DNA from: an uncultured Rhodospirillaceae bacterium
GTDB lineage: Bacteria > Pseudomonadota > Alphaproteobacteria > UBA2966
Assembly (NCBI GenBank): GCA_964401845.1
Contig: CAYOAD010000002.1
Span: forward strand, 1 to 62,728
Direction: 5' to 3'
Length of the DNA: 62,728 nucleotides
Of the stretch, positions 27,033 to 34,591 are shown piece by piece. The translations under genes were made by a program, and so were the position numbers. The stretch's first letter is position 1, and each line of letters starts with the position of its first letter. The notes beneath the pieces were generated by a model. That model saw only the letters and a program-made list of their open reading frames with translations. It was not told the DNA's origin and ran no database searches.

Positions 27033-27078
27033 TTCGAACAGGTAACCGTTTGGTTACTTTACCAGTACCCTGTTCGAA
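27033..27078. promoter_or_regulatory. nested inverted repeats in the tetR / DMT divergent region; candidate TetR operator
   Basis: TTCGAACAGG (27033-27042) and CCTGTTCGAA (27069-27078) are perfect 10-bp inverted repeats. They enclose the perfect 16-bp palindrome GTAACCGTTTGGTTAC (27042-27057) and further TTACC/GTACC half-sites. Confidence 0.45.
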
Positions 27079-27154
27079 ATAGCCTGTCAACGGCGATCCC
27101 TTTCTCAGCCAGATTATCCTAGTCAATGGCCCGGTATGGGCGTACAAGACGGGG

Positions 27155-27187
27155 GCGCGGAACCGCCGGTCTCCGCGCTGTTTTTTT
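27155..27187 (+). terminator. intrinsic-terminator-like hairpin plus T-tract inside the 5' leader of the DMT gene; possible attenuator
   Basis: GCGCGGA (27155-27161) pairs with TCCGCGC (27172-27178). An inner ACC/GGT extension follows, then TGTTTTTTT (27179-27187), then GGGGGAA and ATG 27201. No plus-strand gene lies upstream. Confidence 0.5.
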
Positions 27188-27200
27188 GGGGGAATCGGCC

Positions 27201-28115
27201 ATGTCCGATAGTGCTGAGATCAGGGACGACCGGCCCATGGCGGGCATCGGCTACATTGTCCTTTCGATGGCGACGATGGCGTCCCTCGACGCCGTCGCCA
27301 AGCACCTCGTGGCCACCCTGCCGGTGATGGAAATGCTGGCGCTGCGCGGCATCGTCATGTGTCTCATCCTGCTGGTCTGGTTGCCCAAGGCGGGCGGTTT
27401 GCGCCATCTCAGGACCGGCAAGCCCTGGGGCCACGTGCGGCGCACGGGCTATTCGCTGGCGGCACCGCTGCTGTTTTTCACCGCGATCCGCGACCTGCCG
27501 CTGGCCGACATTACGGTCCTGGTCTTCGGAGGCAGTTTTTTTATGACGGCGCTGTCGGTTCCCTTGCTGGGAGAGCGCGTCGGATTGTTTCGCTGGACGG
27601 CCATCGGCATCGGCTTTACCGGCGTCATCATCGCCGCCCAGCCGACCGGCGAGAACTTCGGCTTCATGACCTTCATCGCCATTTCCGCCAGTGTCGCCTA
27701 CGCCATGTTGGTGATCGAAACCCGCCGCCTGGGTGGGTCGGAATCGGCCTACACCATGACGTTCTACACCACTTTCGGTGTCGCGGGCGCCATGTGCCTA
27801 GCCACGCCCTTCGTCTGGGTGCCCGTGGCGGCAGAATCATGGCCCTGGCTGATTGCCCTCGCGGTCCTGGCGCTGAGCGGCCACGTCCTGCTCGCCAAAG
27901 CCTTCATGCTGGCGCCGGTCAGCACCATCGCGCCTTTCGAGTACACCTCCCTGGTGTGGGCGGCGATCTTCGGCTACTACATCTTCGATGAAATCCCGGG
28001 CAGCAACGTCTGGCTGGGCGCCGCCATCATCATTGCCGCCGGCATTTTCATCGTCCAGCGCGAAGCCAAGCTGACGCGATCCAAAAAACCAACGCAGCCG
28101 ACAATCGCCGACTGA
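27201..28115 (+). CDS. DMT superfamily (EamA-type) transporter
   Basis: Ten hydrophobic segments in a duplicated EamA pattern. Start chosen at ATG 27201 (MSDSAEIRDDRPMAGIGYIVL), preceded by GGGGGAA. The ORF-track start at 27126 lacks an SD and would place the hairpin in coding sequence. Confidence 0.85.
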   Translation: MSDSAEIRDDRPMAGIGYIVLSMATMASLDAVAKHLVATLPVMEMLALRGIVMCLILLVWLPKAGGLRHLRTGKPWGHVRRTGYSLAAPLLFFTAIRDLPLADITVLVFGGSFFMTALSVPLLGERVGLFRWTAIGIGFTGVIIAAQPTGENFGFMTFIAISASVAYAMLVIETRRLGGSESAYTMTFYTTFGVAGAMCLATPFVWVPVAAESWPWLIALAVLALSGHVLLAKAFMLAPVSTIAPFEYTSLVWAAIFGYYIFDEIPGSNVWLGAAIIIAAGIFIVQREAKLTRSKKPTQPTIAD

Positions 28116-28178
28116 TCGTCTATTCTGGCCCCGACGACAATTCGGCTTAGTATTTTTTAGGACGTTCAAAGGGCGGGG

Positions 28179-30041
28179 ATGGACGTGGGCTCAGTTGCGG
28201 CGAACATACCGAACGAGACGGCGATGTGGGTAACCTTTGCCGCCATCGGCACCGCCCTCGTGCTCTATGCCATCGAACGCATCGCCGTCGAAGTCACTTC
28301 CATCGTCATCATCTGCCTTTTGCTGGTCTATTTTTCGCTTTTCCCGATAGCCGATGCGGCGGGCGCAAACCTATTGGGTCCGGAGCGCCTGCTGGCGGGC
28401 TTCGCCAACCCCGCCCTGTTGACCGTGCTGGCGCTGCTGGTAATGGGCCAAGGCATGGTACGAACGGGTATCCTGGAGCGCGGGGCGCAATTCGTATTGC
28501 GTTTCGGCGACGGCAGTCCACTTATCCCCATCGCTATCGCCTTCGTCGCCGTGCTGGTTATCAGTGCTTTTCTCAACAACATCCCCGTGGTCGTCATCTT
28601 CATCCCCATCATGCAAACGCTGGCCACCAAACTGGGCCAGCACGAAAGCAAGATCATGATGGGTTTGAGTTTCGCCGCCGTGTTGGGCGGCATGACGACC
28701 CTGATCGGGTCCGGCACCAATCTGCTGGTGTCCGGCGCGCTCGTGAACCTCGGCGAACAGGGCTTCAGCTTTTTCAGCTTCACCGTCCCTGGACTGATGC
28801 TTGCAGGCGTGGGGTTGATCTACGTCATCTTCATCAATCCGCTTTTCCTGCCGGACCGAACCTCGCTCGCCAGCCGCATCCTGGCCCGGTCGAGCAAGTC
28901 TTTTTTCACCCAGATCGAGGTCGAATACGGCCACCGGCTGGTCGGCGCCGACGTCCACGGCAGTTTCATCGAAGGCCTACCGGGCTTGAGGATCAGGCGT
29001 ATTCTGCGCGGCGACCGCACGCTGGTGCCGCCCTTCACGAATACCGTCGTGGAGCGCGGCGACCACCTGCTGGTGGTGGGCCAGCGGGCGGACCTGATCG
29101 AGGCCACGGCGACGGAACCCGAATTGCTGCAAGCGGCGACGGGCTTGGGCAAGATCGCCGCCAGCCAAGCCGAACCGACATTCCGCGAACGCTCGGTGGC
29201 CGAGGTCATGATCGCGCCCTATTCAAAGCTGATAGGCCGACATATCGGCCGGGCGGGATTTCAGCGCCGTTCACGCTGCAACGTTTTGGGCATCGAACGG
29301 CGCAATCAGGTCTACCGCAGCCGCATGTCCGAAGTGCCGCTGGAAGCCGGCGACGTGCTCCTGATCATGGGGCGGGACGACGACATCAAGGCCCTGCGCG
29401 CCGACAACGATGTCGTGTTGATGGAATGGTCGGCGGAAGCCCTTCCCCTGTTGCACGGCGCCAAGCGAGCGACGGCAGTGTTCTTCGGGGTCATCGCATT
29501 GGCAGCCTCCGGCGTCGTACCCATCGTCGTGGCGGCGCTGATCGGGGCCATCGCCATGATCCCGCTTGGCATTCTCACTGTGCGCGAAGCGTCCCGCGCC
29601 ATCGACAGCAAGATCGTCACCATGATTCCCGCTGCCCTGGCGTTGGGCTTGGCCATGCAGGTCACCGGCGGCGCCGAGTTTCTCGCCCATCTCGTCGTTG
29701 CGGCCTTTGAGGATTTGGGCCCGACCGCGGTGCTGTCCGCCTTCTTCCTGCTCACCGCCGTGATGGCCAACATCATCAGTTCCAAGGCCTGCGCCGTGCT
29801 GTTCACGCCCATCGCCGTCGGCATCGCGCGGGAGATCGGCGTCGACCCCGTGATTTTCGCGGTGGCGGTCGTGTTCGCCGCCAACTGTGCCTTCGCCACG
29901 CCGATCGGCTATCAGACCAGCCTCCTCGTCATGGGACCAGGGCACTACCGCTTCGGCGATTTCGTCCGGGCTGGCGCGCCGCTGGTTATCCTGTTGTGGC
30001 TGGTCTTCACCTTTGCAGCCCCCTGGTATTATGGGCTATAG
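28179..30041 (+). CDS. SLC13/DASS-type (ArsB/NhaD superfamily) anion permease with two central TrkA-C domains
   Basis: 620 aa. N- and C-terminal polytopic halves flank two cytoplasmic repeats (RIRRILRGDRTLVPPFTNTVVERGDHLLVVG; GIERRNQVYRSRMSEVPLEAGDVLLIMG) that match the TrkA-C pattern. Confidence 0.85.
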   Translation: MDVGSVAANIPNETAMWVTFAAIGTALVLYAIERIAVEVTSIVIICLLLVYFSLFPIADAAGANLLGPERLLAGFANPALLTVLALLVMGQGMVRTGILERGAQFVLRFGDGSPLIPIAIAFVAVLVISAFLNNIPVVVIFIPIMQTLATKLGQHESKIMMGLSFAAVLGGMTTLIGSGTNLLVSGALVNLGEQGFSFFSFTVPGLMLAGVGLIYVIFINPLFLPDRTSLASRILARSSKSFFTQIEVEYGHRLVGADVHGSFIEGLPGLRIRRILRGDRTLVPPFTNTVVERGDHLLVVGQRADLIEATATEPELLQAATGLGKIAASQAEPTFRERSVAEVMIAPYSKLIGRHIGRAGFQRRSRCNVLGIERRNQVYRSRMSEVPLEAGDVLLIMGRDDDIKALRADNDVVLMEWSAEALPLLHGAKRATAVFFGVIALAASGVVPIVVAALIGAIAMIPLGILTVREASRAIDSKIVTMIPAALALGLAMQVTGGAEFLAHLVVAAFEDLGPTAVLSAFFLLTAVMANIISSKACAVLFTPIAVGIAREIGVDPVIFAVAVVFAANCAFATPIGYQTSLLVMGPGHYRFGDFVRAGAPLVILLWLVFTFAAPWYYGL

Positions 30042-30048
30042 CGGATAA

Positions 30049-30930
30049 ATGGCGGAAAACGCGAACATCGACATTGCCTGCTACGGAGCGGCCTTGATCG
30101 ACATCATCGCCCATAGCCACGGGCCCTTGATGCCGGAAACATCCAACCCCGGCACGGTTTCCACCGGCGTCGGCGGCGTTGCCTTCAATGTCGCCTGCAA
30201 TCTGTCGGCGTTGGGCTCGAATACGGCTTTGGTGACCGCACTTGGGGACGATGTCGAAGGTCGCTATCTGCGGGACTCCATGAATCACCACGGCGTTGAC
30301 ACTTCGTTTCTGCCGCCGCCGGATGGCCGCAGCACCGGCCGTTACGTCGCCGTTGAAAACGCTTATGGCGAACTGTCGGTCGCCATATCCGACACCACCG
30401 CGCTGGAACAATTGACCGCGCGCGAACTCCGGCCGCCGATGCAGGCGCTGGCGCAAGCCGGTCTGTGGTTTGTCGACGCCAACCTGTTGTCCGAGGTCAT
30501 CCTCGCCATCGCCGTCAACAAGCCGCGCCCACCGCTGGCCGTCGATGCCGTTTCGGTCGCCAAAGCGGTGAGGCTGAAGGCCTCTCTCAAGGCGGCGGAT
30601 TATCTTTTCTGCAACCTCTCCGAAGCAGGCGCCATCCTCGACAAGAAGTTCAGGCAGGCGGCCGAAGCCGTCGAGCTGTTCGCCGAGGCCGGCGTCGCCC
30701 ACGCCGTCGTCACAGACGGACCGCGCCCCGTCGCCGTTTCGGATGGTGCGGAAGTCCATGAGATAAAGGTGCCGGCCGTCGAGGTTCATTCGGTCAACGG
30801 CGCCGGCGATTCTCTAATCGCAGCCACGCTGAACCGCATCCAAGCGGGCGACCCCCTGGCCGCCGCCGTCGAACGCGGTATCGAAACGGCCCGGCGCACC
30901 ATCAATTCCAACTCCCCCTTCGTCGCATAG
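30049..30930 (+). CDS. psuK: PfkB-family carbohydrate kinase, pseudouridine-kinase-like
   Basis: GGVAFNVACNLSALG substrate-lid block and C-terminal NGAGDSLIAA anion-hole motif. It lies 8 nt upstream of psuG, as in the E. coli yeiC-yeiN pair. Confidence 0.65.
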   Translation: MAENANIDIACYGAALIDIIAHSHGPLMPETSNPGTVSTGVGGVAFNVACNLSALGSNTALVTALGDDVEGRYLRDSMNHHGVDTSFLPPPDGRSTGRYVAVENAYGELSVAISDTTALEQLTARELRPPMQALAQAGLWFVDANLLSEVILAIAVNKPRPPLAVDAVSVAKAVRLKASLKAADYLFCNLSEAGAILDKKFRQAAEAVELFAEAGVAHAVVTDGPRPVAVSDGAEVHEIKVPAVEVHSVNGAGDSLIAATLNRIQAGDPLAAAVERGIETARRTINSNSPFVA

Positions 30931-30938
30931 AAAAGTCC

Positions 30939-31862
30939 ATGACAGCCAATTTCGAACAATATCTCGCTTATTCGGCGGAGGTGCGCGCCGCGCGGGACGA
31001 AGGCCGCCCGCTCGTCGCACTGGAGAGCACCATCGTCACCCACGGCATGCCCTGGCCGCAAAATGTCGAAACCGCGCGCAGCGTCGAAGCCGATATTCGG
31101 AGCGCCGGCGCCGTGCCCGCGACTGTCGCCGTGATCGACGGCATGATTCGCGTCGGCCTGGAAGACGAAACGCTTGTGGAACTGGCCCAGGCCGAAGGCG
31201 TAATGAAACTTTCGCGGGCCGATCTCGCACTGGTGGTCGCGGCCGGCCGTACGGGCTCGACCACCGTTGCCGCGACAATGATCTGCGCCCACCTCGCAGG
31301 AATCGAGGTCTTCGCCACCGGTGGCATCGGCGGCGTCCATCGCGGCGCGGAACTGAGTTTCGACGTTTCCGCCGACTTGGAGGAACTTGCCGCGACGCCT
31401 GTGCTCGTCGTGGCGGCCGGCGCCAAGGCCATCCTCGACATCGCCAAAACGCTGGAATACCTGGAAACCAAGGGCGTACCGGTGGTGGGCTACCGCACGG
31501 ACGATTTTCCCGCCTTTTGGTCGTGTTCGTCCGGGCTGGCCGCGCCGTTGCGGCTGGACGACCCGGCGGAGATCGCGGAGGCCTTCCATGTTCGGCGCGA
31601 ACTCGGCATGGCGGGCGGCATGCTGGTGGCCAATCCGATCCCGGCAAGCGACGAAATTCCCGCCACCGTAATCTCCCCCATCATCGAGCAAGCGTTGACA
31701 CAAACCGATGGCGAAGGCGTGGCCGGAAAAGACGTGACCCCCTACGTTCTGGGCCGCATCTTCGAACTCACGGACGGCAGGAGCCTGAGCGCCAACGTCG
31801 CGTTGGTGCGAAACAACGCCCGCCTCGCCGCCGAAATCGCAATCAGGAGCAAGAAATCGTGA
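30939..31862 (+). CDS. psuG: pseudouridine-5'-phosphate glycosidase (IndA/PsuG family)
   Basis: VALESTIVTHGMPWPQN, GSTTVAATMICAHLAGIEVFATGGIGGVHRG, PVLVVAAGAKAILD, GVPVVGY. The whole length matches the PsuG/YeiN pattern. Confidence 0.9.
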   Translation: MTANFEQYLAYSAEVRAARDEGRPLVALESTIVTHGMPWPQNVETARSVEADIRSAGAVPATVAVIDGMIRVGLEDETLVELAQAEGVMKLSRADLALVVAAGRTGSTTVAATMICAHLAGIEVFATGGIGGVHRGAELSFDVSADLEELAATPVLVVAAGAKAILDIAKTLEYLETKGVPVVGYRTDDFPAFWSCSSGLAAPLRLDDPAEIAEAFHVRRELGMAGGMLVANPIPASDEIPATVISPIIEQALTQTDGEGVAGKDVTPYVLGRIFELTDGRSLSANVALVRNNARLAAEIAIRSKKS

Positions 31863-32866
31863 CCGAACCGCAAATCCTCACTACCGTCGTCGGATCGTAT
31901 CCCGTGCCCGACTGGCTGGCCGCCCACCCCACCGAGCAAGGCCTGATCGATGCCACGCGGGTGGTGCTGCACACGCAAGAGAAGGCCGGCATCGATGTGG
32001 TGTGCGACGGCGAACTTTACCGCTTCGACATCAACCATCCCGAAACCAACGGCATGATCGAGTATTTCACCCGCCCCATGGGCGGCATCCGCTCCGAGGT
32101 GACGTTCGAGGAACTGCTGGATTACCGCAGCCAACCCGGCATGGGCTTCCGCCGCCGCCCGCCGGGCATCGTCGACGGCCCCATCACCAGCGGCACGCTC
32201 GACCTGCCGGAAGCCTGCCGCCGCGCCGCGGGGCTGGCCACCAAACCGCTGAAATTCACCCTGACCGGCCCGCACATGTTGGCCAAGACACTGGTCAACA
32301 ACCGCTATGACGACCTGCCCGCTCTGACGGACGCCATCGCCGACGTGCTGGCCGAACAAGTGCGCCATCTCGATGCCGACATCGTCCAGGTCGACGAGGC
32401 CAACTTGCCGGGCAGCCCCGATGAGTGGCAGTGGGCGTCGGACGCCATCAACAAAGTCCTCAATGCCGTCAAGACGACGCCCGCCGTGCATCTGTGTTTC
32501 GGCAACTACGGTGGCCAGAGCATCCAATCGGGCAGCTGGAAACAGCTGATGGACTACCTCAACAGCCTGCACACCGACCACATCGTGATGGAAATGGCCC
32601 ACCGGCCCCTCGAAGAATTGGCCGCGTTCAAGGAACTGCGGCCCGAAATCGGCCTCGGCCTCGGCGTCGTCGACGTCAAGGCGACGGTGGTCGAAAGCGC
32701 CGACCAGGTCGCCCGCGCCATCGAACGGGCCGAGGACGCGCTGGGCCGGGGCCGGGTGCGCTACATCCACCCGGACTGCGGCTTCTGGATGCTCAAACGC
32801 TCCATTGCCGATGGCAAAATCAGAGCGCTGGTCGAGGGCCGGGATTTGTACGAGGGCCGGGCGTAA
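31859..32866 (+). CDS. MetE-C-terminal-like (cobalamin-independent methionine synthase II family) Zn-methyltransferase-fold protein
   Basis: VTEPQILTTVVGSYPVPDWL, CDGELYRFD, Zn-ligand-type blocks VHLCFGNYG and IHPDCGFW. GTG 31859 overlaps the psuG TGA (GTGA). The ORF-track start at 31517 is an out-of-gene extension running through psuG. Confidence 0.8.
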   Translation: MTEPQILTTVVGSYPVPDWLAAHPTEQGLIDATRVVLHTQEKAGIDVVCDGELYRFDINHPETNGMIEYFTRPMGGIRSEVTFEELLDYRSQPGMGFRRRPPGIVDGPITSGTLDLPEACRRAAGLATKPLKFTLTGPHMLAKTLVNNRYDDLPALTDAIADVLAEQVRHLDADIVQVDEANLPGSPDEWQWASDAINKVLNAVKTTPAVHLCFGNYGGQSIQSGSWKQLMDYLNSLHTDHIVMEMAHRPLEELAAFKELRPEIGLGLGVVDVKATVVESADQVARAIERAEDALGRGRVRYIHPDCGFWMLKRSIADGKIRALVEGRDLYEGRA

Positions 32867-32932
32867 TTAAATGGTGACAGGTACACTTTTTCTAAATTTG
32901 AAAAAGTGTACCTGTCACCATTTAATTACGCC
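32860..32932. repeat. perfect 73-bp palindrome (33-bp arms, 7-nt centre) filling the convergent intergenic gap; putative bidirectional terminator or palindromic element
   Basis: 32860-32892 (GGCGTAATTAAATGGTGACAGGTACACTTTTTC) is the exact reverse complement of 32900-32932. The centre is TAAATTT. The core is AT-rich. The left arm contains the TAA stop of the MetE-like gene, and the right arm ends on the stop codon of the ABC ATPase gene. Confidence 0.85.
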
Positions 32933-33696
32933 TACTCCATGCCCAATAATTTGTAGATCCGCCGGGTGTAGACGCCGAACTTCTCGTGCGTTTTCATGTC
33001 GAGCGTGCGGGGATAGTCAAGTTCGATGGCGAAGTTGTCCGCCATGCGGGCGGGGCCCGACGTCAGCACGGCACAGCGGGAACCGAGAAGGACCGCTTCC
33101 TGGATAGAGTGCGTGACGAAGATGATGGTCTTCTTGCTTTCCGACCAGATGCGCAGCAGTTCGAGGTTCATCTTTTCCCGGGTCAGCGCGTCGAGCGCGC
33201 CGAACGGTTCGTCCATCAGGATCAGTTTGGGATCGTGCACCAACGCGCGGGCGATGGCGGCGCGTTGCTGCATGCCGCCTGAGAGCTCGTAGGGATAACT
33301 GTTCTCGAAGCCTTCCAAGCCGACCATCTGCAGCAAATCGCGGGCGCGTTCGCGGCTTTCAGCCATGGGCAGGCCAAGAATTTCGGCCGGCAGTAGGACG
33401 TTGTCGACGATCTTGCGCCACTTCAGAAGCAGCGATTGCTGGAACACCATGCCGACGTCGCGGCCGGCTTCGAAGGTGTTGCCGTTGCCGCCGATGCGGA
33501 CGGTACCGTCGTTGTGGTCGTGCAGACCCGCAAGAATTTTCAGCACCGTCGTCTTGCCGCAGCCCGAGGGGCCGACGAGCGAAATCAGCTCCCCAATCTC
33601 GACATCCAGGGTAACATCCGAAACGGCTAGGAATTCCTGCCCCCGGCTGCGGTAGACCTTGCTGACCCCTTCTAGATGGATAAAAGGCTGGGTCAT
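32932..33696 (-). CDS. ABC transporter ATP-binding protein (NitT/TauT nitrate/sulfonate/taurine type)
   Basis: Walker A GPSGCGKTT, signature LSGGMQQR, Walker B LILMDEPF, H-loop THS. 254 aa. ATGA overlap with the permease gene. Confidence 0.9.
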   Translation of the reverse strand: MTQPFIHLEGVSKVYRSRGQEFLAVSDVTLDVEIGELISLVGPSGCGKTTVLKILAGLHDHNDGTVRIGGNGNTFEAGRDVGMVFQQSLLLKWRKIVDNVLLPAEILGLPMAESRERARDLLQMVGLEGFENSYPYELSGGMQQRAAIARALVHDPKLILMDEPFGALDALTREKMNLELLRIWSESKKTIIFVTHSIQEAVLLGSRCAVLTSGPARMADNFAIELDYPRTLDMKTHEKFGVYTRRIYKLLGME

Positions 33697-34466
33697 GCGC
33701 TGGTCTCCACCCGGGCGTCGGATTTGACGAAGATGCGCTCAAGCGCGATGACGATGCCGTAGAGCACGACGCCGACCAGGGTGATCATGAGGACGGCCAT
33801 GAACATGGCAGGCGTGTCGAGATCGACCTGGACCTGCAGCATGAGGTAGCCGAGCCCTTCTTCCGAGGCGATGAATTCGCCGACGATGGCGCCGGCCACG
33901 GCCAGCACCACGGCCACCTTCATGCCGGAAAAAATGTAGGGCAGCGAGCCCGGCAGCTGGATCTTGGTGAATATCTGCCAGCGCGATCCGTTGAGCGAGC
34001 GCACCAGGTCGAGGAGATCGGGTTCGACCTCCTGCAGGCCGCGGGTCGTGGTGATCAGGATGGGCAGGAAGCAGATCGTGAAGGCGATGATGATGTTGGG
34101 ACCCAAACCGTAGTCGAACCAGACGATGAACAGCGGACCCAGCGCCACTTTGGGGATCATGTTGAGGCTGACCACCAGCGGCATGAGGAATTCGGCGAAC
34201 AACGTGAACCAGGAAAACAAGAGCGCCAGGCCGACGCCCACGACCACGGCCAGGATGTAGCCGCCGAACACCTCGCCCGCCGTGATCCACGTGTTGTGGA
34301 CCCAGTTGTACTCGCCCCACAGCGCCAGCACGGTATCGGCCGGCGTCGGCATGACGTAAGCCGGTACCTCGCCCCAGACGACGAAGACGTGCCAGGCGAC
34401 GACCACCAGCAGGTGGGCGATGATGATCAGCGCCCAGCGCCAGGCATGTTCTTGAACTTTGTTCAT
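33693..34466 (-). CDS. ABC transporter permease (NitT/TauT type, BPD_transp_1)
   Basis: 257 aa with six hydrophobic segments. EAA-like loop ITTTRGLQEVEPDLLDLVRSLNGSRWQIFTKIQLP. Confidence 0.9.
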   Translation of the reverse strand: MNKVQEHAWRWALIIIAHLLVVVAWHVFVVWGEVPAYVMPTPADTVLALWGEYNWVHNTWITAGEVFGGYILAVVVGVGLALLFSWFTLFAEFLMPLVVSLNMIPKVALGPLFIVWFDYGLGPNIIIAFTICFLPILITTTRGLQEVEPDLLDLVRSLNGSRWQIFTKIQLPGSLPYIFSGMKVAVVLAVAGAIVGEFIASEEGLGYLMLQVQVDLDTPAMFMAVLMITLVGVVLYGIVIALERIFVKSDARVETSA

Positions 34467-34591
34467 CGCTCTCGCCTTTATCTATCCCGTTGCATCAGGA
34501 AATCCGCTCGATAACGTCTTCATCGAATTTCCAGGCCGGGTCGTCGAAGTGTACGTCATCGGCGTAGTCGCAAGCTGTTCCCTGGATGGGA

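Noticed and set aside
27130-27160. Local resemblance of CCCGGTATGGGCGTACAAGACGGGGGCGC to the 3' half of the guanidine-III (ykkC-III) riboswitch (…CCGGU…ACAAGACGGCGC), upstream of a small-molecule exporter-type gene.
   Set aside because: The 5' half of the motif is absent: there is no CCGGACGAGG segment and no upstream GCGCC to form the pseudoknot helix. The required H-type pseudoknot cannot form. The ACAAGACGG match is probably coincidental. Only an Rfam covariance-model scan could revive it.
31517-31858. 5' extension of the MetE-like ORF (ORF track 31517..32866, 449 aa) running through the end of psuG.
   Set aside because: The extension is Arg/Gly-rich nonsense that overlaps the well-conserved PsuG C-terminus in another frame. 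GTG 31859 (VTEPQILTTVVGSYP) gives the normal family N-terminus and a GTGA coupling overlap.
32871-33107. 78-aa ORF (MVTGTLFLNLKKCTCHHLIT...) starting inside the palindrome.
   Set aside because: Its start lies in the left arm of the palindrome and the rest is antisense to the ABC ATPase gene. It has no coding signature.
34467-34591. Possible small gene in the 125-nt gap between the DapA-like gene and the permease. There is a 37-codon ORF starting at an ATGA overlap with the DapA-like stop (MIPSREQLATTPMTYTST...). There is also an acidic, protein-like frame (…CDYADDVHFDDPAWKFDEDVIERIS*) with no start codon.
   Set aside because: The ATG ORF is Ser/Thr-rich with weak codon bias. The more protein-like frame has no ATG, GTG or TTG and is bounded by a stop. 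It is possibly a relic, or would need a frameshift at the DapA-like C-terminus. There is not enough evidence to call a feature.
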